Shown: positions 1 to 10,094 of the stretch, in pieces
Layout: each line of letters begins with the position of its first letter
How positions within the stretch are numbered: position 1 is the stretch's first letter
From: Minisyncoccota bacterium
Lineage (GTDB): Bacteria > Patescibacteriota > Minisyncoccia > Phycocordibacterales > DSPV01
Length of the DNA stretch: 64,000 bases
NCBI GenBank assembly: GCA_041662545.1
Contig: JBAZSH010000004.1
Location: 1,803 to 65,802, forward strand
Direction: 5' to 3'
The notes under the pieces: model-generated
Database searches by the model: none
What the model was told of the DNA's origin: nothing
What the model saw: the letters and a program-made list of their open reading frames with translations, nothing else
Position numbers and translations under genes: made by a program

Positions 1-360
1 AATGACAATCGGTTTCAAACCAAGTTCCAAAGATTTTTTCAAAACGAAACGAGTTTGGGGCATCGGCCCTTCCTGGGCATCAACTAAAATAAGCACGGTA
101 TCGATGGCACGCAAAACTCGTTCCACTTCGGAACTAAAATCGGCGTGACCTGGCGTATCCACGATGTTGATTTTAGTGTCTTTCCAAAAAACAGAAGTGT
201 TCTTGGAATAGATGGTAATACCGCGTTCTTTTTCCAAATCATTAGAATCCATACTGGAAGAAGCATCAGAAAACATCCCTGTCTGACGCATCAAAGCGTC
301 GGTCAAAGTGGTCTTGCCGTGGTCCACATGGGCGATAATGGCTATGTTGCGAATTTCCAT
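1..360 (-). CDS. typA: GTP-binding protein TypA/BipA, N-terminal 120 codons; the gene continues beyond the window start
   Basis: The reverse translation from the ATG at 358-360 reads [24 protein letters not shown]...[16 protein letters not shown]...[20 protein letters not shown]. This carries translational-GTPase G1-G3 motifs that match BipA. The ORF track misses it because it runs off the window edge. Confidence 0.8.
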   Translation of the reverse strand, partial: MEIRNIAIIAHVDHGKTTLTDALMRQTGMFSDASSSMDSNDLEKERGITIYSKNTSVFWKDTKINIVDTPGHADFSSEVERVLRAIDTVLILVDAQEGPMPQTRFVLKKSLELGLKPIVI

Positions 361-455
361 CGCCACATTAAAACAAATTTAGTGGCACTTTGTCAAATGG
401 AAGAAGTGGACTTCGCCCTTGCTTTAAGAAAAAAATCGTGTAAAATATAGAAATT

Positions 456-773
456 ATGGAATTTGCAGTTATTCAAACAGGTGGCAAGCAATACAAGGTC
501 TCCGTTGGAGATACGGTTCGCATTGAGAAAATTCCCGGCGAACACAAAAAGGGTGACCAGATCACCTTTGATAAAGTGTTGCTGGTTGATAACGGCAAAG
601 ACACAACTATTGGCACGCCTTTTATCACTGGGGCGAAAGTAGAAGCAGAGTTGGTAGAAATCGGCCGGACAAAAAAAATCATAGTGGTCAAATACAAACC
701 AAAAAGCCGCTACATGATCCGCCAAGGCCACCGTCAGCATTTTTTTAAAGTCAAAATTCTAGCAATCAAATAA
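456..773 (+). CDS. rplU: 50S ribosomal protein L21
   Basis: MEFAVIQTGGKQYKVSVGDTVRIEKI... is a classic bL21 N-terminus. The size is 105 aa. Confidence 0.85.
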   Translation: MEFAVIQTGGKQYKVSVGDTVRIEKIPGEHKKGDQITFDKVLLVDNGKDTTIGTPFITGAKVEAELVEIGRTKKIIVVKYKPKSRYMIRQGHRQHFFKVKILAIK

Positions 774-913
774 TAGTCAAATTCTTTCTCGGCACAAGTT
801 TTTTGGGAGCACGGATATTTTTTTGCTAAAAAATTCCTCGTGCTCGCCCCAGTCGGGCTCGCAAGCCTCCCAAAAACTTGCGCCTTCAACGAATTTGACT
901 TTATGCTACAAAA

Positions 914-1531
914 TTAAGCTCGATTGCGCAGAGCATTTTTTAGAGTGTCAATGTCGGCGTATTCTAGTTCGGCACCGGTGGAAAGGCCGCGACCGAGTAG
1001 GGAAATTTTTATATTGTGTTTTTTCACCAACGGTTCCAGTAGTTTGTGAAGAAAATCAGAAGTGTTTTCGCCTTCGGGGTCAGTATTCGTCGCCAAAATA
1101 ATTTCTTTCAAATTTTCTTTGCTCATTTTTTCCACTGCTTTCAGAAACTCACGACTGCGCAACCGCCGCTCGGGATTTTTTTCTAAAATCGGCAAGGTGC
1201 CACCCAAGACAAAATAGTGGCCAGCGAAAGCGCCACTTTTTTCCATTATTTCTAAATCCACATCTCGACAGACAACCATCAGAACATCGCCGGCGCGATG
1301 TTGGTCACGACAAATATTACAATGGCTTTCTGCCATAGCGCCCCGGGCAAAATAGCGAAAACAAACAGGGCATTGTTTGATGTCCTTTTTTAAATTTTGC
1401 AAAAGCTTAATTAGCTCGTCTATATAGACACCGCCACGCAAAAGCAAGAAAAAAACAAACCGCTTTGCCTGCCGTGGGCCAATGCCGGGGAAACTGCCAA
1501 AAATTTCCGTAAGTTTTTCTATAATCGTCAT
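914..1531 (-). CDS. recR: recombination protein RecR
   Basis: It has a C4 zinc finger (CPVCFRY...CNICRD) followed by a Toprim domain. The length is 205 aa. Confidence 0.85.
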   Translation of the reverse strand: MTIIEKLTEIFGSFPGIGPRQAKRFVFFLLLRGGVYIDELIKLLQNLKKDIKQCPVCFRYFARGAMAESHCNICRDQHRAGDVLMVVCRDVDLEIMEKSGAFAGHYFVLGGTLPILEKNPERRLRSREFLKAVEKMSKENLKEIILATNTDPEGENTSDFLHKLLEPLVKKHNIKISLLGRGLSTGAELEYADIDTLKNALRNRA

Positions 1532-1533
1532 AA

Positions 1534-2925
1534 TTAAAAACTTTCATCCTTCGCCAAATCACCGAAGTCGCTTTTGTCCACACTCAAAAATGTCGCCTTC
1601 TTATCGTCAAAATAAAGTTCAACTTTGCCGGTAGGACCATTACGATGCTTCTCAATTAAAATTTCGGCGATATTCGGTTTTTCCGAATTTTCTTTATATT
1701 TATCCTCGCGATGAATAAACATTACCACATCGGCATCTTGTTCAATAGAACCCGAGTCCCTCAAATCAGACAAGCGCGGTTTGCCACCTCGCTGTTCTAC
1801 TGCCCGCGAAAGTTGTGACAAAGCCAAGACCGGCACATCCAATTCCCGCGCCAAGGTTTTCAACGAACGAGAAATTTCCGTCACCTGCTGAACCATATTA
1901 TCACTAGCTCGAGCATTGGTGGGAATCATCAATTGCAAATAATCAACAATAATCAAACTAAGATTTTTTTCCGATTTCAACCGCCGCGCCACTGAACGCA
2001 TTTTTAAAATATTACTACCCGGCTGGTCATCAATAAAAATCGGCGCTTTGGACAAACGATCCAGCGAATCGCGAATCTGTTCAAATTCTGTTTCCGCTGA
2101 CAAACGACCAGTACGCAATTTCCAAGCGTCCACCCTTGCCTCGGACGCCAACATTCGGTCAACCAATTGCTGGGAGCTCATTTCCAAAGAAAAAACGCCT
2201 ACGGTATTTTGGTGATTTATCGCCGTCTGCCGGGCGATATCCAAAGCCAAAGCGGTTTTGCCCATTGATGGTCGCGCCGCCAAAATTATCAAGTCGGATT
2301 TTTGCAAACCTGATAATTTATTATCCAACTCCGGAAAACCTGTCGGCAAACCGCGCAAATTATCTTTGGACTTATGAAGCCGATCCAATCTTTCCCAGGC
2401 CTCGCCCAACGCTTCTTTCAATTCAATAAATTTGTGAGTGAAAGAAGAATTACTAACTTCAAAAATCTGCTTCTCGGCCTTATCCAAAACTTCCGCGATA
2501 TCTTGCGCTTCGTCATAACCCAAAGAAGTGATATTTTCTGCCGCCATAATCAATTGGCGCATCATAAATTTTCTCTGGACAATTTCAGCATAATGCTTGG
2601 CATTGGCGGCAGAAGGCACACTACCCAAAAGTTCGGTTAGATAAAGATTGCCACCGGCTCGTTCCAATAATTCTTTTTCCTTGAGCCGTGAAGCCATAGA
2701 CAACAAATCAATCGGCTGACTTTTGCCGAACAATTCCAACATCGTCTCATAAATTATTTTATGCCGATCGGAATAAAATGATTTGCCACTTACCACATCC
2801 ACCACATCATAAATCACATCGGGACGCGTCATAATAGAACCGAGTAAAGCGCGCTCGGCATCAATATTTTGCGGCGGGATTTTACTAACCGCCGTCAAGA
2901 ATGCTCCGGTAGTCAAATTGTCCAT
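1534..2925 (-). CDS. dnaB: replicative DNA helicase DnaB
   Basis: The Walker A motif AARPSMGKTALALDIA and the DnaB C-terminal RecA-like domain are present. The length is 463 aa. Confidence 0.9.
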   Translation of the reverse strand: MDNLTTGAFLTAVSKIPPQNIDAERALLGSIMTRPDVIYDVVDVVSGKSFYSDRHKIIYETMLELFGKSQPIDLLSMASRLKEKELLERAGGNLYLTELLGSVPSAANAKHYAEIVQRKFMMRQLIMAAENITSLGYDEAQDIAEVLDKAEKQIFEVSNSSFTHKFIELKEALGEAWERLDRLHKSKDNLRGLPTGFPELDNKLSGLQKSDLIILAARPSMGKTALALDIARQTAINHQNTVGVFSLEMSSQQLVDRMLASEARVDAWKLRTGRLSAETEFEQIRDSLDRLSKAPIFIDDQPGSNILKMRSVARRLKSEKNLSLIIVDYLQLMIPTNARASDNMVQQVTEISRSLKTLARELDVPVLALSQLSRAVEQRGGKPRLSDLRDSGSIEQDADVVMFIHREDKYKENSEKPNIAEILIEKHRNGPTGKVELYFDDKKATFLSVDKSDFGDLAKDESF

Positions 2926-2994
2926 AATCGGATTCTAGCACGCCAATAAAATTGTCAAAAAGAAAATGTGGGTAGAGTGTGGAATTGATGGGGA

Positions 2995-4440
2995 TTATTT
3001 ATGGAGTTCGGGACCAGTCGGCGTGTCTTTAACTTGATAGCCCTTTTGAGCCAACTCTTTACGAATAGTGTCGGCCTTAGCAAAATTTTGTTCGCGCCGC
3101 GCTTCTTCTCGCTCGTCTATTAGCGTCTTAATCGCGCTGGGCCACTTTTCCGGCGAAAGTTGCGACATTTTCATTTCTTTGGAAAGCGCGGCGCGGTCAG
3201 CTAAACCTAAACCAAAAATCTTGTCAAAATAAAGAATGGTTGCTCGTTTATCTTCCTTGGCAAGATTTTTGTCTTTCACTACATCCCAGAGCAAAGCCAA
3301 AGCTTTCGGCGTATCCAGATCATCGCTGATGGCAGCTGAAAATTTTTCGGAATAGTCAGTGTTAATTTTACCAAGCTTGATGCCCCATTCTTCCACTAAA
3401 AGTTTTTTCAGCCGAAACAACGCCTTATCAGCACCTTCTAACACCTCCCAAGTAAAATTGACCGGCGAACGATAGTGGGCACTAAGCAACCATAACCGAT
3501 AGGCAAGTGGCGAGAAGCCGCGACCAGCAATATTTTTCAACGAAACAGTATTGCCCAACGACTTGGAAATTTTCCGGCCTTCAATGGTAATAAATTCATT
3601 GTGCAACCAATAATTGACGAATTTTTTATTGGTCGCCGCTTCCGATTGGGCAATCTCGTTTGGATGATGAGTCCCCAATAAATCAATACCACCGGTATGG
3701 ATATCAAAATGCTTGCCTAAATATTTCATACTCATAGCCGAACACTCAATGTGCCAGCCGGGGAAACCCTTGCCCCAAGGCGAGTTCCAACCAAGATCAT
3801 CGGAAAATTTCCAAAGAGCAAAATCGGCTGGATTAATCTTTTCTGTATTTTCTTCCACTCGCGCTCCCACTTCCAATTGCTGTTGTTTTTTATTACCCAA
3901 CTCACCGTAAGTAGAAAATTTTACCGTATCAAAATACAAACCATCGCTGATTTTGTAACCATAGCCTTTTTCCATCAGGGTTTGAATTAAAGCAATTTGT
4001 TCAGGAATGTGATCAGAGGCAAGCGGAAAAGTCGTGTCTTTAGTATTAACATTAAGGTCTGCCAAATCTTTTTTGAAAGCGCTCAAATAAAAACCACCGA
4101 GGTCGCGCATCGCTTCCAAAGTAATTGGTTTGTTTTCTCGCTTCAATGCTTTGGTCATCTTGTCTTCACCGGCATCACCATCGCTAACCAAATGGCCAAT
4201 ATCGGTAGCATTGATCACTTGTTTTATAATAAATCGGCGTTCTGTAAAAACTCTTTTTAATAAATCAGCAAGTAGAAAAGAACGCAAATTGCCAATATGG
4301 ACAAAATCATAAACCGTCGGACCGCAATGATACATATTTACTTCGCCTTCTTTTATCGGCTTGAAATCTTCTTTCTGCCCAGACAAAGTATTGAAAAACC
4401 TTACCGCGGATAATGGTTGCGGTTCTTTTGCTGTTTTCAT
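2995..4440 (-). CDS. cysS: cysteinyl-tRNA synthetase. The ORF track extends to 4470, but the likely start is the Met at 4440 (MKTAKEPQ...).
   Basis: It carries the HIGH-like motif MYHCGPTVYDFVHIGN, the Zn/Cys-binding motif GWHIECSAM and the KMSKS-like motif KISKSLGN. Confidence 0.85.
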   Translation of the reverse strand: MKTAKEPQPLSAVRFFNTLSGQKEDFKPIKEGEVNMYHCGPTVYDFVHIGNLRSFLLADLLKRVFTERRFIIKQVINATDIGHLVSDGDAGEDKMTKALKRENKPITLEAMRDLGGFYLSAFKKDLADLNVNTKDTTFPLASDHIPEQIALIQTLMEKGYGYKISDGLYFDTVKFSTYGELGNKKQQQLEVGARVEENTEKINPADFALWKFSDDLGWNSPWGKGFPGWHIECSAMSMKYLGKHFDIHTGGIDLLGTHHPNEIAQSEAATNKKFVNYWLHNEFITIEGRKISKSLGNTVSLKNIAGRGFSPLAYRLWLLSAHYRSPVNFTWEVLEGADKALFRLKKLLVEEWGIKLGKINTDYSEKFSAAISDDLDTPKALALLWDVVKDKNLAKEDKRATILYFDKIFGLGLADRAALSKEMKMSQLSPEKWPSAIKTLIDEREEARREQNFAKADTIRKELAQKGYQVKDTPTGPELHK

Positions 4441-4536
4441 AAAAATCTTCCCCCAAAATCCCATATCCATAGTATAGCGCGCCTTTTAAGAAAGGGGTAT
4501 AATTGGGAAACAATTTAATAATTAGCTAATTTTTCT

Positions 4537-5562
4537 ATGGCAAAAAAAATAAAGGTGGCGATTAATGGTTTTGGTCGGATTGGTCGAGCATTTTTTAAGA
4601 TAGCGGAAAAACGGCCAGAGTTAGAAGTGGTGGCGGTCAATGACTTAGGCGACATTGAAAACTTCGTTTATCTTCTGCGTCACGACACAGTTTATAAAAC
4701 CGAAGGTCTTGAAGTAAAAGCCAAATCGGACAAATCAGCTTTGGTTGTTAATGACCGCGAAATTTTATACTTCAGCGAAAAAGACCCCATAAATTTGCCA
4801 TGGAAAAAATTAGGCATTGATGTGGTGGTGGAAGCCACCGGCTTGTTTACCAGTTTTGAAAAAGCCAAAGTTCATCTAACTGCTGGCGCTAAAAAAGTTG
4901 TCATTTCGGCACCAGCCAAAGACATGCCGAAAGATGACAGCGAAGCCACAGTGCTACTCGGCATTAATGAAGAAAAATTAGCTAAATGTAAAATTTCTTC
5001 AAATGCTTCCTGCACCACCAATGCCGCCAGTCCGGTTATTGCCATTTTGCACGAAGCGCTGGGTATTGAAAAAGCCCTGCTCAACACCGTCCACGCTTAT
5101 ACTGCCAGCCAAGCAATTGTTGATGGCCCAAATAAAAAAGATTTCCGCGAAGGCCGAGCAGCAGCGCAAAATATCGTGCCGTCTTCAACTGGCGCCGCCA
5201 TCGCCGTAACCAAAGCTTTTCCTCAACTTACTGGTTTGTTTGATGGTATTTCGCTCCGCGTGCCAGTGGTAACTGGTTCCATTGCCGACATCACTTTTAT
5301 TTCCAAAAAACAAACTTCCACTGAGGAGGTAAATAAAATTTTGCGAAAGGCAGCTAAAGAAAAAAGGTGGCAGGGGATTTTTGCTGTTAATGAAGACGAG
5401 CCCGTTTCTTCCGACATTGTCGGCGACCAGCACGCTTCCATCGCCGATTTGAAAATGACTCGCGTCGTTGGTGGTAATTTGGTAAAAGTACTTGCCTGGT
5501 ATGACAACGAAATGGGCTACGCTTATACCTTAGTGGAACATGTTATAAAAATCAGCCTATGA
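4537..5562 (+). CDS. gap: glyceraldehyde-3-phosphate dehydrogenase
   Basis: INGFGRIGR is an NAD-binding motif and ASCTTNAASPVI is the catalytic Cys region. Confidence 0.9.
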   Translation: MAKKIKVAINGFGRIGRAFFKIAEKRPELEVVAVNDLGDIENFVYLLRHDTVYKTEGLEVKAKSDKSALVVNDREILYFSEKDPINLPWKKLGIDVVVEATGLFTSFEKAKVHLTAGAKKVVISAPAKDMPKDDSEATVLLGINEEKLAKCKISSNASCTTNAASPVIAILHEALGIEKALLNTVHAYTASQAIVDGPNKKDFREGRAAAQNIVPSSTGAAIAVTKAFPQLTGLFDGISLRVPVVTGSIADITFISKKQTSTEEVNKILRKAAKEKRWQGIFAVNEDEPVSSDIVGDQHASIADLKMTRVVGGNLVKVLAWYDNEMGYAYTLVEHVIKISL

Positions 5563-6044
5563 GAATTTTAATCGCCTCAGATCATGCCGGTTTTGAATTG
5601 AAAAATACTCTTTTCAATTTTTTGAAAGAGAAAAATTTTGAGGTGGTGGATTGCGGGCCGGATAAATTGGACAAGGAAGATGACTATCCTGATTTTGTCG
5701 CGCCAGTGGCGAAAGAAATTTCCACCGACGAAACGGGAAAAACTTTCGGCATTGTCATCGGCGGTTCTGGCCAAGGTGAAGCTATGTGTGCCAACCGTTT
5801 TCCGCGCGTCCGCGCGGTGGTTTTCTATGGGAATCCGGAGAGGTCAGACCTCTCTTCAGATTTGAGGTCTGACCTCATTAAACTCACGCGTCAGCACAAT
5901 AATGCCAATGTTCTAGCGATTGGCGCGAGGTTTGTATCCAAAGAAGAAGCGAAAAAGGCCGTGCTACTTTGGCTAGAAACACCTTTTGGCGGCGAGACAC
6001 GCCATCTCCGTCGGATTGAAAAAATTGATAAATCAGCACTATGA
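5559..6044 (+). CDS. rpiB: ribose-5-phosphate isomerase B (RpiB/LacAB family). It carries an in-frame REP-like insertion encoding ERSDLSSDLRSDL.
   Basis: MRILIASDHAGFELK...GIVIGGSGQGEAMCANR is RpiB-like. It overlaps the gap stop codon. Confidence 0.75.
   Translation: MRILIASDHAGFELKNTLFNFLKEKNFEVVDCGPDKLDKEDDYPDFVAPVAKEISTDETGKTFGIVIGGSGQGEAMCANRFPRVRAVVFYGNPERSDLSSDLRSDLIKLTRQHNNANVLAIGARFVSKEEAKKAVLLWLETPFGGETRHLRRIEKIDKSAL
5841..5875. repeat. in-frame REP-like inverted doublet in rpiB
   Basis: AGGTCAGACCT-ctcttcagatttg-AGGTCTGACCT. Confidence 0.85.
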
Positions 6045-6667
6045 TTGAAATTGTACCGGCAATTTTGCCAAAAAATTTTGAGGACTTTGAAGATTTGGAC
6101 AACAAATTGTCGCGACTTGAAAACCAAGTGGAATTAGCGCAAATTGATATTTGTAATCCAAAGATTTTTGAAAAAACTGGATTGCCCCATTGGCAAAATT
6201 TTGGTTTAGAAGTTGACTTAATGTTTAAAGAAGCGGAAAGAGAAGTTGGTTGGCTCATTGGTCTAAGAACTATCAGATTCATTATCCACCCAAACCTAAG
6301 CCGAATAGAAAAAGTAAAAGAGATGCTGGAAGACTTAAAAGGAGTAGTTTACTTCGGTATCGCTTTGGATTGGCAAAATTCTCTTAAAGATCTAGAACCT
6401 TTTATTGGACTAATTGACACCATACAAGTAATGGGCATAAAAAAAATCGGTTTTCAGGGCGAACCGTTCGAAGAATCAACTATTGACAAAGTGATGACAT
6501 TAAGAAAAAAATACCCCGAACTTGCGATTAGTGTTGATGGGGGAGTAAATTTGGAAAACGCACCACAACTAATTAAAGCTGGCGCAACTCGTTTAGTTAT
6601 TGGCTCAGCGATTTTTGGAAGCGGTGATTTGAAAGCAGTAATAGAAAAATTTAAAAAATTGGGATGA
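6041..6667 (+). CDS. rpe: ribulose-phosphate 3-epimerase-like TIM-barrel protein
   Basis: ISVDGGVNLENAPQLIKAGATRLVIGSAIF resembles the RPE C-terminal motif. It sits between rpiB and tkt, in pentose-phosphate context. Confidence 0.55.
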   Translation: MIEIVPAILPKNFEDFEDLDNKLSRLENQVELAQIDICNPKIFEKTGLPHWQNFGLEVDLMFKEAEREVGWLIGLRTIRFIIHPNLSRIEKVKEMLEDLKGVVYFGIALDWQNSLKDLEPFIGLIDTIQVMGIKKIGFQGEPFEESTIDKVMTLRKKYPELAISVDGGVNLENAPQLIKAGATRLVIGSAIFGSGDLKAVIEKFKKLG

Positions 6668-7536
6668 GTATCAGTCAAGAAAAAATTAAACAATTGGAAC
6701 GAAAGGCAAAGGAGATTCGCCGAACGGTGATTGAAGCACTGATGAATGCTGGTTCTGGACATACCGCCGGTCCGTTGGGTATGGCGGATATTTTTGCTTA
6801 TCTTTTTTTTCACGCCTTAAATCACGACCCAAAAAAACCAAACTGGCCCGAGCGCGATCGATTGATTGTTTCCAACGGCCATATTTGTCCGGTGCTTTAC
6901 GCGGCAATGGCTAACACCGGCTATTTTCCGGTAAAGGATTTAATCAACGGCTTGCGAAAATTCGGCTCACCATTTCAAGGCCATCCGCATCGCGATTTTT
7001 TACCAGCATTGGAAACCAGTTCTGGCCCACTCGGTGAAGGATTATCACAGGCGGCAGGCATGGCACTAGCAGAGAGAGCAGATTTCGGAATTCAAGGTCG
7101 AACCTTGGATCTGAAAAAAGGTTCGACCTTTATGTCCAAATTCTTCTTTTGTATTCTCTCCGACGCAGAATTACAAGAAGGTAATATCTGGGAAGCAGTG
7201 ATGCTGGCGGCAAAAGAAAAACTTGGCAATTTAATCGCTATTGTTGACCACAACAAAATTCAAATCGATGGTTGGACCGAAGAAATTATGCCCTTGGAAC
7301 CATTACGAGAAAAGTGGGAGGCCTTCGGCTGGCACACGGCAGAAATTAATGGCCACGATTTTCAAGAATTAGATACGGCAATTTCGGCAGCAAAAATTTT
7401 CCACACCAAACCATCGGTTATTATCGCCCACACCATTGCCGGCAAGGGTGTCAAAGAATTTGAAAATAAACCCGAATGGCACGGCCGCGCACCAAGCAAA
7501 GAGGAAGGGGAGAGGGCATTAAAAGAACTTCAATAG
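6664..7536 (+). CDS. tktA: transketolase N-terminal (TPP-binding) subunit of a split transketolase. It carries an in-frame REP-like insertion encoding QGRTLDLKKGSTF.
   Basis: It has GHTAGPLGMADIF and a TPP-binding fold. The length is 290 aa, and a separate C-terminal half lies at 8165. Confidence 0.8.
   Translation: MSISQEKIKQLERKAKEIRRTVIEALMNAGSGHTAGPLGMADIFAYLFFHALNHDPKKPNWPERDRLIVSNGHICPVLYAAMANTGYFPVKDLINGLRKFGSPFQGHPHRDFLPALETSSGPLGEGLSQAAGMALAERADFGIQGRTLDLKKGSTFMSKFFFCILSDAELQEGNIWEAVMLAAKEKLGNLIAIVDHNKIQIDGWTEEIMPLEPLREKWEAFGWHTAEINGHDFQELDTAISAAKIFHTKPSVIIAHTIAGKGVKEFENKPEWHGRAPSKEEGERALKELQ
7094..7131. repeat. in-frame REP-like inverted doublet in the transketolase N-terminal gene
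   Basis: AAGGTCGAACCTT-ggatctgaaaa-AAGGTTCGACCTT. Confidence 0.85.
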
Positions 7537-7537
7537 T

Positions 7538-7852
7538 ATGGAAATAACCTATCTTTACAAAGATATTCAAAAATTTTTTGATTTTCTTGACAGGGCCACA
7601 GCTTTAAAAACAGTTCGTCTTGTTCAACTGCTTTCAGTGAGAGAATACCATCTAACTATGCCGTATAGTAAAAAGATCGGGAAAAATCTTTATGAGCTTC
7701 GTGTGGTTAATACTCAAAATGTTAGGGTTTTCTATACTTTTCATCAAGAAAAAATTGTCCTTCTTCATGCGGTGTATAAGAAAACTCAAAAACTTAAAAA
7801 GAGAACTTTGGAAATAGTGGGACAGAGACTCCGAAACTTGCAATTAAGATAA
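7538..7852 (+). CDS. HigB-like toxin (Gp49/RelE-ParE superfamily)
   Basis: LGKNLYELRVVNTQNVRVFYTFHQEKIVLLHAVYKKTQKLKKRTLE matches the Gp49/HigB consensus. An XRE antitoxin gene lies immediately downstream. Confidence 0.65.
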   Translation: MEITYLYKDIQKFFDFLDRATALKTVRLVQLLSVREYHLTMPYSKKIGKNLYELRVVNTQNVRVFYTFHQEKIVLLHAVYKKTQKLKKRTLEIVGQRLRNLQLR

Positions 7853-7875
7853 CATATATGTTATCATAACCTTAT

Positions 7876-8163
7876 ATGAAAAAGACAAAAATAAAATTAA
7901 TACCGTTTAGCACTATTACACACCAACTTTTAAAAGACCCGGAGTTTAGAAAGGTGTATGAGGAGTCGGCATTTGAGTTTGAGATAATCAAAGCGATTAT
8001 TCGTATTCGGGCGCAGAAAAAATTTACCCAACGAGAACTCGCCAAAAATATCGGGGTCGCTCAATCGTCGCTGGCGCGGTTTGAATCCGGCAGAATTAAT
8101 CCTACTCTTTCATTCCTAAAAAAAGTGACAAGGGGATTGGGATTACGATTGATGGTGAAATAG
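7876..8163 (+). CDS. HigA-like antitoxin, an XRE-family HTH transcriptional regulator
   Basis: FTQRELAKNIGVAQSSLARFESGRINPTLSFLKKVTRGLGLRL is an HTH_XRE signature. Confidence 0.65.
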   Translation: MKKTKIKLIPFSTITHQLLKDPEFRKVYEESAFEFEIIKAIIRIRAQKKFTQRELAKNIGVAQSSLARFESGRINPTLSFLKKVTRGLGLRLMVK

Positions 8164-8164
8164 A

Positions 8165-9181
8165 ATGTTTGAATCAAAATCAAAACTAAAATCTACGCGC
8201 GCTGGGTTTGGTGAAGGATTAGTACTGGCTGGGGAAAAAGACGAGCGGGTGGTAGCGCTGACGGCGAATTTGAAAGAGTCGGTTTGTATGAGCGCCTTCG
8301 CCGAAAAATTTCCCGAGCGGTTTTTTGATGTCGGCGTGGCAGAACAAAATTTAGTTGGGGTAGCCAGCGGTTTAGCGGCAATGGATAAAATTCCATTCAT
8401 CGGTTCATTCGCGATTTTTTCACCAGGTAGAAATTGGGAGCAAATCCGCACAACTATTTGCTACAACAATCAGCCGGTAAAAATTGTTGGCTCGCACAGC
8501 GGACTTTCCGCTTCGCTGGACGGCGGCAGCCACCAAATGCTGGAAGACATCGCCTTGACGCGAGTTTTACCAAATATGATTGTCCTCTCGCCCTGCGATG
8601 CCATTGAAGCGAAAAAAATGGTGGTGGCTGCCGCCGAAATTGATAAACCGGTCTACATCCGCCTCTCGCGAGCCGAAACACCAATTATTACCAGCGAAGA
8701 GGCGCCGTTTGAAATTGGGGAGGCAGAAATCATATTTCAGAAAAAAAGGTCAGACCTTTCTGAAAAAAGGTTAAACCTTAAATCTGAAGAAAGGTTTAAC
8801 CTTGAGGAATCCGAAATCGGAATCATTGCCACCGGCACAATGGTTTATAGAGCATTGCTGGCAGCAAAAGAATTAAAAGAAACCGGCATAGGTGTTTCGG
8901 TAATAAATTTATCAACCATCAAACCGCTTGATGAAAAAGCCATCATAAAATTAGCGGGAGAAACGGGCGCGATTGTAACGGTAGAAGAACATCAAATTGC
9001 CGGTGGTATGGGTAGCGCGGTTGCCGAACTTTTAGCAGAAAAATTACCAACACCAATTGAATTCATTGGTGTCCGTGACCAATTTGGCCAAACGGGCAAG
9101 TATGAAGAATTGATAAATCTTTACGGCTTAAATATTTTGCAAATCAAACAAGCTGTCCGACGAGTGTTAAAAAGGAAATAA
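8165..9181 (+). CDS. tktB: transketolase C-terminal (pyrimidine-binding) subunit. It carries an in-frame REP-like insertion encoding KRSDLSEKRLNLKSEERFNLEE.
   Basis: It has the Transket_pyr and C-terminal domains (FDVGVAEQNLVGVASGLA). The length is 338 aa. Confidence 0.8.
   Translation: MFESKSKLKSTRAGFGEGLVLAGEKDERVVALTANLKESVCMSAFAEKFPERFFDVGVAEQNLVGVASGLAAMDKIPFIGSFAIFSPGRNWEQIRTTICYNNQPVKIVGSHSGLSASLDGGSHQMLEDIALTRVLPNMIVLSPCDAIEAKKMVVAAAEIDKPVYIRLSRAETPIITSEEAPFEIGEAEIIFQKKRSDLSEKRLNLKSEERFNLEESEIGIIATGTMVYRALLAAKELKETGIGVSVINLSTIKPLDEKAIIKLAGETGAIVTVEEHQIAGGMGSAVAELLAEKLPTPIEFIGVRDQFGQTGKYEELINLYGLNILQIKQAVRRVLKRK
8756..8813. repeat. in-frame REP-like triplet in the transketolase C-terminal gene
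   Basis: AAGGTCAGACCTT ... AAGGTTAAACCTT ... AAGGTTTAACCTT. Confidence 0.85.
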
Positions 9182-9194
9182 TTTTGTCTATATA

Positions 9195-9938
9195 TTATTC
9201 GTTAAATACATCAAGAAACTGGGTATCATGAATTTTTTTAACTAGTTTATATGTTTTACTTATTTTTGTTATAGCTTTGATTATGGCATCAACATCTTCT
9301 GAAACAGCCACTATCGCTTCCTCACACCTTTTGTTATCTGCTTCGGAATTTGCCATTTTACGACCTTCGGCCTTAACAGCAGAAGCAAGTTTAAGTAATT
9401 CACCTGTAAAAGCTGTGGAACCGCTCATATCTAGTTCAGTACTGAAACCGGTCTCTGGATCTTTAATTGCGTTTAGGATTGTTGATAGACCTAATGATTT
9501 TTGAGATTTTAATTCATAACTAATGCCGTTTTTAATTGTTGCTATTACAGCAGCGCGATCTCCTCGCATATATCCTTCAATTACTGATGTATTTCCCATT
9601 AAACCGGCTAATTTTTGCTGAATTTCTGTTGACAAATCATTGACTTGATCTTTTACTTCACCAATTAAGTCATAAAAAATTCTCTTTTCTTCATTAAACT
9701 TTCTGCCCCATTCTCTAATTTTTTCTAACTTTTCTTTATCTCCACCAGTTAATTTCTCTAATTCTTTCCATTGTTCCAACATCTGCTTTTTAAGTTTTTG
9801 TAGATGGGCCATATCAGTCACTTTTTTAATCTGTTCTGCTGTGTCTCTAAAATGACGAATGGCTGTTTCAAAAGCAATTTTCTTGGCTTCATCTGTCTCG
9901 CCAAAATCCTTTACAAGTTCAACAAAAATCGCGGTCAA
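9195..9938 (-). CDS. hypothetical protein of 247 aa, AT-rich
   Basis: It is a long ORF with no recognisable motif. Confidence 0.4.
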   Translation of the reverse strand: MTAIFVELVKDFGETDEAKKIAFETAIRHFRDTAEQIKKVTDMAHLQKLKKQMLEQWKELEKLTGGDKEKLEKIREWGRKFNEEKRIFYDLIGEVKDQVNDLSTEIQQKLAGLMGNTSVIEGYMRGDRAAVIATIKNGISYELKSQKSLGLSTILNAIKDPETGFSTELDMSGSTAFTGELLKLASAVKAEGRKMANSEADNKRCEEAIVAVSEDVDAIIKAITKISKTYKLVKKIHDTQFLDVFNE

Positions 9939-10094
9939 GAGTATCTCTAACCTCTTCTGTGGCTTCTTTTTTTTGGGGGGGCTTATAGCTTTCAGGTTTC
10001 ATATTTTCAAGTATACCACTCTTAATTTATAGCGCAAACACATCGGAGAGGTCAGGCGCTTGCATAAAAAAATAGGGCTTGTTAAAATGATTTT

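Noticed and set aside
823-1101. 92-aa plus-strand ORF between rplU and recR
   Set aside because: It overlaps the 3' end of recR on the opposite strand and the convergent-terminator hairpin (GAGCACG...CGTGCTC). It has no homology signal.
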